DNA from: Chiloscyllium plagiosum
Lineage: Eukaryota
Reading direction: 5' to 3'
Length of the DNA stretch: 64,000 nucleotides
Assembly: GCF_004010195.1 (NCBI RefSeq)
Contig: NC_057713.1
Coordinates: forward strand, 92,531,147 to 92,595,146
Shown: positions 37,973 to 50,409 of the stretch, in pieces
Layout of the letters: the number at the start of each line of letters is the position of its first letter
How positions within the stretch are numbered: the stretch's first letter is position 1
The notes under the pieces: generated by a model
Database searches by the model: none
What the model saw: only the letters and a program-made list of their open reading frames with translations
Told to the model about the DNA's origin: nothing
Made by a program: the position numbers and the translations under genes

Positions 37973-39605
37973 GGGAATGCTGGTTAAAAAATATTTAAAA
38001 ATAACGTGTGCAATTACACGAGATGTCTCAAAGCACTTTACAAATAATGAAGCATTTTTGATGTACAGTTACAGTTGAATTTAGGAAATGTGACTTAACA
38101 TCTCATTCTCACTCCAGCAATGCACTTGGAGTGTAAAAGTAGATCTTGAGCTCAAGTCTTGGTGTGGGATTTGAATCCACAACCTTCTGGAATGTTTCTT
38201 TTGATCCTGCATATGCTTGGCTTGTTCTGACTGCATGACACAGTATAAGACCAGCTCATTAGAATACTAGCATGACAATCCCTCCATTCATAATATGCGT
38301 TGGAAACAGACAAGGGCCAGGCAGAGAATACTGGGCACAGCCAAAAGTGTGCCTTTCTTCCTCAAAGCATTACTGCTTAGGCAAATTTAGGGAACTAACA
38401 ACACACCTTCATTAGACATAGTTAAAGGAGCTTAAAATTGGGAGCATCTCTATTTCACTGGTACAAGATAGACTATGTTAGTTGGTGAGAAATGGCGCAG
38501 TACTCACAGGGCTTGACGTGCAGCTGTGTAAGATGGAAGGAGTCCTGTACTTGGTTAGGTTACTGAGTATGTGTGGTTTTAGTTACCTCACAGATTTTGC
38601 TGAATGTATTGTCACGCAGAGTCTGTCTTACTGCTGGGATACTTGCTGATTGTTTTGTAAAACACAGGGTTGGCAGGAAGTAGTGATGAGGGGGTAATGT
38701 TGAAGTGGATGATAGTCTTGAAACAAATATTATAGTTATGCTTGATTTTATCTCGACATGATGGGATACTTGGCAGAGCAATTTTTTGAGTAGGTTAGTT
38801 TAGCATTTGTAACAATAACAGCCTATGTAAGCTCATTATTCATTACTTTACAGAGTAAGGAGATAATGGAAACAGAAGGCTAAACAGAGTGGTTGAGGCA
38901 ACTAGCAGACAAAGGCTTAAGGTTGATTTAACAGGGAATTGCATCAAGTTGAGAATTATAAATATAAACTGCATACTCCATATTATTGTGAAGTTCTTTA
39001 GACAATAAACCTCTGGTCAAGTATTCCATCATGCTAACAAGTTTTTTTGGGTCATTGAGATGCTTGCATAAGGTTTTTGCTTCCTTTACTCACACAAAAT
39101 TTAGAGCGGTCCTTTTTCGCCACAACACAGCCATTACATTCAAAAAGAGAACAGAAATGAAATGGAAACTGCATGTTTTTAAGGAAATGAAAACTGAAAC
39201 TGAGATTGGAAACCAAAATATCAGGGGAAATAGAAACTGTTTGAGGCTCTGTGAGGGGATGTAGAACTGTAAAAGCTCCATTATTAGAAGTTGATGAGTG
39301 CAGTAATGTAATTACAGGTAGGTAGAACACAACAGAAGTTCAGTCCAGAAGCTGAGAACAAATTGCATTGCAGTTGCTTTACTTTTTGAAAATAACACTT
39401 TTGGATCGAAATTGGGCGATGACACTTTGCAGACATGTTATTTTTGCTGATGACCACGCCCATGAAACTCAGGATGGCTGTGTGCTGTTGTCAGCTATGG
39501 AGAAGGCTAGCTCTGAGAATCAGAGCAGCTAGAATTTTTGTGAGAAAACAATTTCAAAGGACTTTGCGACTGTGCTTGATTACCTATTTGCTCTTCACAA
39601 ACCAT

Positions 39606-39842
39606 CAGGTTCAAGAACAGTTTCTTCGCTGCTGTTATTAGACTTCTGAATGGACCTCTCAAATTTCAAATCTAATGTTGATCTTGCTTTTTGTGCACCT
39701 TCTTTACAGCTGTAACTTTGTATTCCTTGCTCTGTTTAATCACCCTATGATCTTTATATGTTATGTACTGCACACAAAACAAAACTTTTCACTGTACCTA
39801 GGTACATGTGACAATAATATATCAAATCAAATCAAATCAAAC
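39606..39842 (+). mobile_element. Rex1/Babar-like LINE 3' tail
   Basis: aggttcaagaacagtttcttcgctgctgttattagac... and (aaatc)n tail; homologous to 4900-5115. Confidence 0.7.
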
Positions 39843-40729
39843 CAATTTGTATCATTGGTCTTAATTGTATTTCTATTTAATATGAAATTAATAGTTTTTA
39901 ATTGACTGTAGTTTGCATGTTAACTTATGCTTAACTGATTTAGTTTAGGGTTTTAGTATACAGAAGATGGTTGATTTATTTGACTCTTGTCTACTTATAA
40001 TTCTTCTGTTTGAATCTAAGAATACTGGACTAGTGTAGATTTAGAGTAGTTTTGTCAGTGCAGACTTGAAGTATCTTCTGTGCTGTATGATTTTATGATT
40101 CCTATTGCTTCATTCTTTTAGTCAATAACTAGGATTTTGGAAAGGTATTGTTCTCTACAGAGACACTAACATCTGTTTGAAATTTATTAATTTCAATGGT
40201 CTGCTAATTTGAAACTGTGTGAGCAAGAAACACCTTCTGTGTTTTTTTTGTTAAGATTGCTTTATTTAAATTATGGAATAATTCAATACTTTTCCTAGAA
40301 AATAATTTTCCGATTGAATAGAAGTGGACTGTACTTGAAGTAGAACTCAATATTGGCAAATGCAAAGAGCGGAAAAACTGACAATTGGCTAGTCACCCAG
40401 AACTGAGCAATGGTTTTGCTGTGGAAATATAGAATCCCCTTCAAGTGCTGGCTACAGTCAGCAATGTCAAGATATTTCGGTGAACTTAAAATATAGGCAA
40501 ATATGTCAGCTGGGGAAACTGCTGAGGATAAAACAAGGTTGAAAGAAAATAGACCATTTAGAGGCTGGTAAATGGAATCAAATATACGGATGCCAGGGTT
40601 CTAAAGAAGAACACGAGCAAAATAAAGCATGCAGAAATGAAGTCAAGTATATTGAAAGAGGTTACAAAATAAAAAATAGATATTGAAACTGAAAGATATA
40701 TGAAGCACACTGGGATGAAATTATTTCGT

Positions 40730-41450
40730 GCATACTGCCCACTTATGCAGTAGAGTCACCAATCACATTGGATAGCCCTCATCTCCTAATTGCCAGCCTA
40801 TGAGTTTGGCATGACAGCTTAATTGCAGATAGCACAGAAGACCCCAGAAAATGGATGTATCATGACTGCTACTGGGGTATGAGGCACTGAGCTGCAGCAT
40901 TTTCCATCTGTGGTCGCAAAGCAGCTAGAGGTTGAGGGAATAGAATCCCTTTTGTTTGTGGCTCATCTCAGAGTTGACATGCAGGTATCTGCAAAGTGAT
41001 GTGCATATGTTTGTACCAGGGAGAAACTTGTGAAACTCCCTAGGCCACATGCTCACTCCACCTGCTTGACTGTGATAACAAAATGAAAGATAGTTAGCTT
41101 TCCATGTGTTTTTTAAAAATGTTTATCCTTTCATGGGATGTGACATCACTAGCTAGGTTGCACTTGTTGCCCGTCCCTAATTCACTTAGAGAATACGGTG
41201 CATCAGTGACCTTCCTCAGGCAGCAGTAGACAGAAAGCTACCAGATGTTGTGAATTTCTTCAGTTCCAACCTTGCTAGGAGCCAGACACATAAAACCCCA
41301 TGGCTACAGTCACTTTCTTAGCCAAAGGCAATGCCAGTATTGTCTGCTTGAAGACTGCAGCTGTGGCAGATTTCAGAATGTTTAATTTAAGGGTAGCCAT
41401 CTCAGATACTGTTCCTCCCTGTGGTTCATGTAGTAGAACCACTTCAAGCA
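40730..41450 (-). pseudogene. PIF/Harbinger (HARBI1-like) transposase remnant, interrupted by a LINE tail at about 41125-41220
   Basis: Minus-strand frames LALPLAKKVTVAMGFYVSGS*Q, QKGFYSLNL*LLCDHRWKMLQLSASYPSSSHDTSIF and GWQLGDEGYP correspond, in the right order, to the Harbinger motifs ALPVAVKVTVALNFYATGSFQ, RKGFHSLNVQLVCD, PGSxHD and LGDxGYP. Confidence 0.8.
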
Positions 41451-42732
41451 GCTTATCCTGCTATTTGAGCCTTCAGGACCTTCTCCAAGTCGTGTGTTCC
41501 AAGGGGAGTACCCATCACTGCATCCATACCTAAAAGTTGCTGCTTTGTACAGAATTCAGGATACCAATTGCCATAACACTCAGCATGGATTTCAGCAACC
41601 TTAAAGAACTGTGGAAAACACCAATTATTGCACAATTGTAGCAAAAGCAAGAAGAAATCAATCAACAATTAACTTGAAAGTAGTTGACAATCCATTGAAA
41701 TGGTTGGCAGGAAGTGGGGGTGACTTCCTTCCTGCTGCTGATTGGCATGTTCCATAATGCATGATGAAGAGACAGCTTTAGCTGGAGCACCAAGCTCCAA
41801 AATGACACCAGTGCATGAAGCATGCATCCAATTGATTTTCACCATGCACACCTTCGCCAGTATAGGATCTGGCACAATGTATCTTGTAGATGCAGTTTTA
41901 TACCTACAATGCCACTCACCCGAAAATTGGTGCGACACAGCTGAACTTTGTATGCTAAGATGTAACAGGGAAAGGAATTGCAAGTAAAATGTATAATTAG
42001 CAAAACTGCATATCATTTTCAGGATCTCCCAGAAGAAAGGCAAAATAAAATGACATAGCCTTGACAGTTATTACGAGTATCAATACTGACTTATAAGAGA
42101 TATATGTAAAATGTAAGCTATATCACCCACTGCAAAAGATAATCTGTGATTCAAAGATTGCAAGCGAGCTATTAGTTGACAAATCAGTTGGCATCTATAA
42201 CCAAGACAAAACTTTTATTGAAAACTTATGCTATATGTATACTAGGGTAGTACTAACAATACTGAAATTCATCACAGGTGATAAAAAGACAGGAACATGG
42301 TATAAAGTTAAAACTTTAATGATGGTATTTTTAATATTGAATACTTTTCCTATATACTGAGGTAAGTTGAACAGATAAACAACAATAACTTACACAGTGT
42401 CTATAAAGTAATATATTGCATCATGGTATTATGAGGAGCAATATCAAATAAATATTAGGACAAGAGACCAAGACTTTGGAAAAATATATGAATTTTACAA
42501 AGTACTTTAAAGATTGGCAGGTTGAGAGGCTTAGAGAGGAAAGACCAGAGTTGAAGGGCTAGACAGCTACAAGCATCAACGCCTTATGTGGGGAGATTAA
42601 AAGCAGTTATGTATCACAGGATTCAACTGTAGGACAGCAGAGATCTGAAATGTTGCTTAGATGCAGAGATTGGAATTGAAGTGAAATCAGGGCCATGGAC
42701 ATATTTGAAAACAAGGATGAGAATTTCAAATT

Positions 42733-43133
42733 TAGCTATAGGGAGAGGTTGAGAGGTGATTTTATAGAGGCTTACAAAATCATGACAGGCATGGATAGGC
42801 TAAATAGACAATCCTTTTCCCTGGGGTCAGGGAGTCTAGAACTAGAGGGCATAGGTTTAGGGTGAGAGGGGAAAGATATAAAAGAGACCTAAGGGGCAAC
42901 TTTTTCACACAGAGGGTGGTACGTGTATGGAATGAGCTGCCAGAGGAAGTGGTGGAGGCTGGTATAATTGCAACATTTAAAAGGCATCTGGATGGGTATA
43001 TGAATAGAAAGGGTTGGGGGGGCAATGGGCCAGGTGCTGGCAGGTGGGACTCGATTGGGTTGGGATATCTGGTCGGCATGGATGAGTTGGACCGAAGGGT
43101 CTGTTTCCGTGCTGTACATCCCTATGACTCTAT
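42733..43133 (+). mobile_element. HER1-type CR1 LINE 3' end (relatively young)
   Basis: RGHRFRVRGERYKRDLRGNFFTQRVVRVWNELPEEVVEAGIIATFKRHLDGYM; 3'UTR ggaccgaagggtctgtttcc resembles the HE1 SINE tail. Confidence 0.88.
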
Positions 43134-43630
43134 AACTGACCCGGAATCAACGCAAGTTAGAAAGCACAAGGATATGAGTTATGATAAAAAGCAGGAGGAT
43201 TTTGGATAAGCTAGAGTTTCTGTCAGGTGAAAGATGGGGCGCTGGCCAGGAGAACAGAGAATAACAGTCAAGTCTGGAGTTAACTGCATTTCAGGAACAT
43301 TTTCAGGCAGGGCAGGTGCAGATGATTTTAAAGAGGTGCAAATCAGCAGTTTTATGTGACAGCGTGAATAGGAACAGTGTAATGCCACCTCAGATGGTTG
43401 CCAGGGAGGGAATAACATTGATTATGAGGGAACAGATTTTGAGGTAGAGACTGAAGACAACATAATTGGAGGAAACTTCTGCTCATAAAGTACTGGATGA
43501 CAGCAGTGGGACAAAAAAGAGACAGCATGAAGAAGATTGTGGCAAGGTTGGACTGGGCATCACCTATATATACATAGAATGTGACATGTTTTCAGATGAT
43601 GCTGTTAGGAGGCAGCATGTAAGTGAGTAA

Positions 43631-43935
43631 ATTAGATTACATTACAGTGTGGAAACAGGCCCTTCGGCCCAACATGTCCACACCGACCCACTGAAGCGCA
43701 ACCCACCCATACCCCTACATTTACCCCTTACCTAACACTAAGGGCAATTTAGCATGGCCAATTCACCTGACCTGCACATCTTTGGACTGTGGGAGGAAAC
43801 CGGAGCACCCGGAGGAAACCCACGCAGACACGGGGAGAATGTGCAAACTCCACACAGTCAGTCACCTGAGGCGGGAATTGAACCCGGGTCTCAGGCGCTG
43901 TGAGACAGCAGTGCTAACCACTGTGCCACCGTGCC
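43631..43935 (-). mobile_element. HE1-type V-SINE, most intact copy
   Basis: Minus strand ggcacggTGGCACAGTGGttagcactgctgtctcacagcgcctgagacccgGGTTCAATTCCcgcc, complete V-domain, CR1-derived tail gggccgaagggcctgtttccacactgtaatgtaatctaat. Confidence 0.9.
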
Positions 43936-44150
43936 ACTCATCAGTCGGATGAGCCAGATACTTGGAATGCAAAGCTCCATAATACACACCAAGTCCTGTA
44001 ATGGAAAAACGGCAAGCCATTTGTTGAGAGATTAAGCGTACCTCACAGGGACCTGTACAGAAATAATTTCTAGAAACTGACATTGTCTGGGATGAGGTAC
44101 AGTCGCCAGACAAAAGCAGGATGGAGTGAATGTGGCTAAATTCACTCTAG

Positions 44151-44372
44151 ATTCTGGATTAGTGGTGCTGGAAAAGCACAGCAGTTCAGGCAGCATCCGA
44201 GGAGCAGTAAAACCGACATTTCGGGCAAAAGCCCATCACCTGTATTCCTGATGAAGGGCTTTTGCCCGAAATGTCGATTTTATTGCTCCTTGGATGCTGC
44301 CTGCACTGCTGTGCTTTTCCAGCACCACTAATCCAGAATCTGGCTTCCAGCATCTGCAGTCATTGTTTTTAC
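44151..44372. mobile_element. Fold-back Penelope-like fragment with hammerhead motif
   Basis: Inverted arms about 44151-44234 and 44256-44339; plus-strand CUGAUGA a GGGC uuuu GCCC GAAA UGUC at about 44248-44275; tail to 44372; 15-bp direct repeat ctaaattcactctag at 44136-44150 and 44373-44387. Confidence 0.85.
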
Positions 44373-44506
44373 CTAAATTCACTCTAGGCCTCAAATTCTC
44401 AATCTGCCCAGCACCACCTCCACAGGGTCCTGGCACTAAGTGGCCTGACAGGTTGGACTCCTACAAGATGGTCAAGGGCCTAATGTGCTTTTCAGGTCCA
44501 AACTGG

Positions 44507-44508
<2 letters not shown>

Positions 44509-44544
<36 letters not shown>

Positions 44545-44560
44545 GTATATTATTTCCNNN
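44509..44560. repeat. Poly-G run next to a 3-N gap
   Basis: About 35 G, then NNN, with a locally repeated tgtatattatttc; likely low-quality assembly. Confidence 0.7.
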
Positions 44561-46425
44561 GGGGAGGTTGTATATTATTTCAGAAGTAGCATAGCTTGGC
44601 TTTCAGAACAGATTTTGAGAAGTGAGGAGGAGCAGCACAAGTCCCTGCAAATCATGCCAATCCCTCTCTCCACTCACCCATCCCAGCTCAACTGCCAATG
44701 CCAATAAGTCAATAAGTCTTGGCTCAACTCACATCCTCACTAGTAAGGTGCAAATGAGGTTAAACCACCATGATATTCCTCTGTCTGACATTGCTATCCC
44801 ATAAACAGAGTGAGCCCCATGAGGACAGCCCAGCAATTGGGATAGTTGCAAGAACATTTGGCTAGGTAAAAAGCTCTGGAAAGATGAGATCAACACACAG
44901 ATCAGGTTCTTGCAATGCTACTCACGCTAATAATATTTGCTATTCAAAATAAATAATTTAAACAATGAAAGTTTTAACTTAATATTTTATTATGGATCTC
45001 TGGTCTAGCTTGAATAATCAATATAATTATAAATAAAGAAGCTATTTCATAATCAAAACCTCACCCCATTTCCCTCCAACAACAAACCCTCGCCACCTTC
45101 TCCTGCAGACAATCTAATTTAGGCTTTTATTTTATGGAATAAATAGATTTTCTGCACATTGGTTATAAGTGGATGGAAATCTAATCCAATTTTCAAAAGG
45201 CAAATTCTGCTTATTACTTATCAAATATGATTTGCCATCCTACTAATTCCTCTCTGATTGAAATTGGGAGGGAGATTCATCTGAATCTCTGCAATATATA
45301 CACAGTATGCTTTTTCTAAAGTAACTGAAGGTTGCATCGATGTCATCAATCAAATGATCAGCAAAATATCCTGATTGTTGGAACAGCACAACAAATCAGA
45401 AATTTAACTCTTCAAAGTAACAAAAGCAGCTTTCAATTTCAATAATGACAATATTGTTGTTACGTGCAAATTCAACCTATTTCATGAAGTATAAAACCAG
45501 ATTGTAATACCTTTCTCGACTATAGTATTTTTTTCCAAATGTAGTATTACAGATGTTGGCTTCTTTCCATCTAACTCCAATGCCCTACCAGTATCTCGGA
45601 GTGTTCAAATACTTAATTACCTAACTCTTTACCATACAAACAATGTTACTTTACCATATAAACAATCGTCCAGGACAAATTCCAGTCTGAGGTGCCCACC
45701 AATTGTTGTCTTAGGTTTACTAGCCAGCTTCGTATACTTCCCACTCCAGTGTCATCAGGGTATCATCAAGTCTGTGGAGGAGAGACAACTATCTCCTGCG
45801 TGTGGTGACACCAAGAATGGACCTAGGAAGCATTTTTTTACACCTGATATTCCAATAATGTCTTCCATCCATGCACTAACTCATCAGCTCATCATGAAAG
45901 GGTCCATGTGATTTAGCAGTCACACAGCAACCAAGGAACATACATGAGGAAAACACATCCAGATGGTTTCAATAAATTGCTACATAGATGTTTCAGGAAT
46001 CTTGTTTGGATCAGTAATATGAAGAATCAGTTTAAGCATGTTACAGATATTACTGTCGTCCAACTGGTTTTCTTCCTATCTCAACTGCTGGTGATGCATA
46101 CTTTTTACATTTTAATCACTTTCAAAGTGAAAGAGTATGTCAAAATAATCCATTAAACAAAGGAACTGTATAAACTTAATAACAATAATATTTTTCTACT
46201 GCCAACCACATAGTCTTGTCTGACATGACCACCAATTGTCGCCTCAAGTTCATCAGTGAACATGACATAACCCCTTCTTCAGTGTACTCGAGCACAGACA
46301 AGTTTGTGGAAGAGACCATTAACCCAGGCATTTATTAACTCCTGTAATAAATATAATGAATCAAGACAATTTTCAAATTTAAACTGCAATTTGGCATAAA
46401 AACATTGCAATAATAACGCACTTAC

Positions 46426-47118
46426 CGTCATCAAGATACAACTGATCCAGTTCTTGAGGCTCCTGCTTCACTGTAATTTGCAAGGGAGTCAAATCCTGAC
46501 TGTTTTCCTGGTGCACTGGCAACATCATTGATTGGCTAGATTGAGATCCATTTCGTGGAGGCTTCGGAGCTTGCTGCTGTTGACCCATGGCTGCTGAGTT
46601 AGTGGGGCTGAAGGGCTGCACATAAGCAGCCTCTGGGGAAGCAGACGGGCCTTGTGGAGAAAGATTGTTGGGGTACAGAGTTTGCTGGAAACCATGGGAA
46701 CAGCTGCTGTTCAGATGCTGACTCATCTGGGGCTGCATCATAACGTGTGCTGAGTGAGTGGGTGAACTTGGATGCACAACAACAGATCTATGCACTTCTT
46801 GGATAGTGGGCACTGTTGCTCCAGACTGCTGGTGACTGAGCTGAGCACTGGTAGGGCTGCTGACACATTTGGTATAAGAGATGGGTGTAATTTCATGCTG
46901 TTTGTGACCTGAAGTAGGGGAAGACGACAACCCAGTGCTTCGCTGCTGACAAGAGGGAAAACTACTTACAAGGCAAGAACCAGGATCCGGTGTCATTTCA
47001 GGTGTCATGACCTGTTGGGAGTAGTAAGATTGGGACACTGGGTTCATCCCTTGATTAAGCGATCCGTAGACCAAGGCAGGTTCGTAGTCATCGGTGGGTT
47101 CTGTTTTTATAACAGGAA
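46426..47118 (-). CDS. NFATC1: Internal coding exon (693 nt, phase 1-1) of nuclear factor of activated T-cells c1; equivalent to the human penultimate exon (exon 9) encoding the C-terminal transactivation region
   Basis: Translation (V)PVIKTEPTDDYEPALVYG...YYSQQ...PDPGSCLVSSFPSCQQRST...ITVKQEPQELDQLYLDD closely matches recalled human NFATc1 VPIIKTEPTDDYEPAP...YYSQQ...PDPSSCLVAGFPPCPQRST...VTVKREPEELDQLYLDD. Acceptor: polypyrimidine tttttttctctctccccc-AG (AG = 47120-47119). Donor: GAC G/GTAAGT (intron starts 46425). Length divisible by 3. Confidence 0.95.
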
Positions 47119-50100
47119 CTGGGGGAGAGAGAAAAAAAACAAGACGATAGATATTCAAGTGTGTGTGTGGGTCTGTGGCTGGGATACTCTGCAAAATAAA
47201 CATGATTCTCAATCAGTCTCTGTATGTCAGTAGCCTCAGTCTCCCACCCAATAAAAATGGATGAGTCATGTGTGCAAGAGAGTCACAGCTGTTTCTCATA
47301 TTGAAAACACTATTTTTTTTGGAATCGCCCTCACCCACAAAAGTACTGTATAAACACATTTTTTACAGGCCTGCATTATAGCAAAGGCCTAAAGCCCAAA
47401 GCTTCCACACGATAACCTTTGTTATTTGTATCGAGAACTTTTCAATATGAACATTGAAAGAAAAGTTATAACAAATTCACTAACGACAACTGGTAATGAT
47501 CACTGAATAATTTGTTCAGATTCATTTGTGCACCACTACTACGACCAAGTTGGAAGCAGTGAATGACAATATTAATTATTATAACTGGAGCCTGAAATCT
47601 AATCATTTAGACCTTTTCTAATTCTATAATTTTCCTCTTACTTTCCCCCCTAATTTTTTTTTCTTTACAGCCATTAGGTCAGCTTACATTCCTTAGTGAG
47701 GGCTTGTTGTCAGCAGCATTCACTGATTGGACAGTGGAGAGATTAGTTACAAATAAAATTTGCATTGGCTTGGAAAGTTGGCTTAGTTCAGATTCAGAAC
47801 TTGCTATTACAGTGAGATCAGAAGGAGTGCTGATATGAAAGCAAGATAAATAAAATTCCCAATAAAGATGGAGACATCAGCCACATAAATATCGCATTTA
47901 ATGGCATCAATGAACTTAAAGGATGTGCAACAACTTAGGAACTGATATAACAAATCTAGTTTACTCTTCAACTCCATTTTTACTTAAAAGCAACTCTGAC
48001 ACTTTGAAAGGCCCAATTATTGTACAGGTTTTCCTGAATTTACAGTCAATAAATCTTTGGATTAAGACAGAAGTGAAGAATATGGTTTTGCATTTTTAAT
48101 GTTTACTGCCTCAACATGGTATCCATTTTTTGCATTTATTAAATAATGCCATAGGCTTTACCAATCTTCCCTCCTATCCTCTGTATTGGCATTACAATTT
48201 CCCTCAATATTTCCCTCAATCACAGTTATGACTGGCTTATTCTGTTAATAAAGCAGCCCTTGTTAAGTTGCAGCACAACCTGGTTGTCACTACTGCTTGG
48301 CTTAGTAGGTGAGATCAGACATTTGCTTCTCCAAAAGTAAAACCCCAAATACCTCTCCTGAGGACCTTCAACAACATCAACATTGCCGAGGCCTTCATAA
48401 TCAATGGTCACCAATGACCAGAACATTGACTGCATCAACCAAAACAAGGCTATTGTTCATACAGCAGGACAGAGGTGTTTGTAATGCTTATCTCACCTCC
48501 TGACTCCATACATCCATTGAACTTTCTGTTGGTGTCAAGATGGGAAACTCAGCACTCAACGAAATGGATACAGCCATAACATTTACGAAGTTCATTACAT
48601 CCAAGGTGAAGCAGTCCCTTTGATCAGTGCTCTTGTTAAGAAACTTGGAGAGCACCCCGTTCACCTCTGATCCACTGTGGCTAGAGGTAGATACAGAATA
48701 TATTCTAACATTTCACCAAGCTTTCTTTGAACTAATCTCTTATTTTACTGAGAAGGGCAAATTCAGCAATATCATGCTCAGAATACCACCAGCTCTATGT
48801 CCATTCCAGCTTAATTTGATCAAATGTTACTATTCCTTACTTAACAGTGGCTCAAAATCCTACTGTTCCCTGCCCATCCTCCACTGGATGATAACTCCTG
48901 CCACAAGATTTGAGAACGTGGACACTACCATGGTCAATGTTTATCCTTCAAACAATATCATTATAAAATGTTGCACATCGTAGTATATACGTTTGGCCCA
49001 ACCATTTATCAGCTCCAGAAATATGCTGTTTGCACACAACTATAAGTCAACCACATGTTTCGGCCGTTTTATGTCATATTCACATTAGTAGTCAGTCTCA
49101 ACTTTTCACCTCAAAAATGCATGCTTCATGATTAATACCTGATGAAGACAGGGGCAGGGACAGAATCATGTGCCCTGGTTCTACCACTGATCCTGGACCC
49201 CAACCCCAGACCCTGACCTGAGCAAAGTGGCATCATCCAGCCTGAGCTCAGCAGCATCCTGGAACCTTAGTTATTGGGCCTTAATGTACCCACACACACA
49301 CAACCCCAGACTCCGGGTGCAAAAGATCAAACAAGCATCAAACTGTGTTGCAAAGATGCACAGGAGTTTGATATGCCCATACATATCAAATAAGATTACC
49401 CAAACCAGTTGTTCGCTTTTATACGTGGTATATAAATCAACATCATTCTTTGAGGGATTATCGAGCTTCAAGAATCAAGTTATCTGTGAAAATTTATCTA
49501 GTCAGCATCTCATTGCTGTTTGTGGGAGCTTGCTGTCACTGTAGCTCCTACATTACAATAGTGCATACACTTCAAAATGTACTCCATTTTATGGGAAACA
49601 CTTTGAGGTATCTGAAGGTGTTGCAGAATGCTATATAAATGTAAATAATAAGGATGAGCAATGAAAGCAGCCACATGGCACCCACACAACAAAGAGTATT
49701 CACATGGAAAACCTGTTTTTCCATTATGTATCATACATCTTTTCCAAAGTCTGATAAGTAGGATTCTAAAATCAGAATTGGAAATGTCTTTTGGAAACAT
49801 TTTCTCCTTTAAAATGTTACCAAATTGCTTGTTGCAGAGTAGAATGTAGTTAGTAAATGTCCACAAAGTGATCACACAGTCGCAGCTAAAATTTGAATCC
49901 AGTGTGCATCTAGTATGCTGATCCCTGAAATTTAATTAATCTTTGAATGTTTGAATAGATCCGCAATTCCCTACAAATTAGATAAACCCATGAATTCATG
50001 ACATGTTCTCTTTAGCATGAAATTCCATATGGATCATTAAAGGTCAGGATTTACAGCTGAAATGTAAATATTACATTGAAAAAACATCTGTACAATCACA

Positions 50101-50409
50101 ACTTCTAAAAATATCACACCGCAAAGTGTGACACTTCAGAAGCATCACCTCAAAAGTGTCACGAATTTGAAAGGCTCAAATTAACCATTATCTGTTAAGC
50201 TGCCAATCAAATAGTTGATTATCCAATTGTGAATGGATCAAAGGCAGGAGTGTTCACTCAGCAGATCAGACAAAAGACCTAATGAGGAAAGAGTAACCAG
50301 CATTAAATGGGCAATCAAACTGCTTAGGATTCTCTTTCAAAGTTATCATTCACAAGTCAACAAGTATCATGAAACTGAAGAAACACATTTGTTAGAAAGA
50401 AAACGAATG

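Noticed and set aside
43865-43935. tRNA gene candidates (A/B boxes) here and at about 18725-18789, 12043-12105 and 62750-62800
   Set aside because: They are SINE heads continuing directly into SINE bodies; no complete cloverleaf evident
44509-44580. Poly-G as a G-quadruplex or poly-Gly coding segment
   Set aside because: Adjacent to NNN and a duplicated 13-mer; likely a sequencing or assembly artefact
46379-47212. 277-aa ORF taken as a standalone single-exon gene
   Set aside because: Similarity to NFATC1 starts and stops exactly at AG and GT splice signals; the flanking residues are intronic read-through
47262-47292. AP-1 site (TGAGTCA) and E-box just upstream of the exon
   Set aside because: Single short motifs expected by chance several times in 64 kb; no supporting evidence
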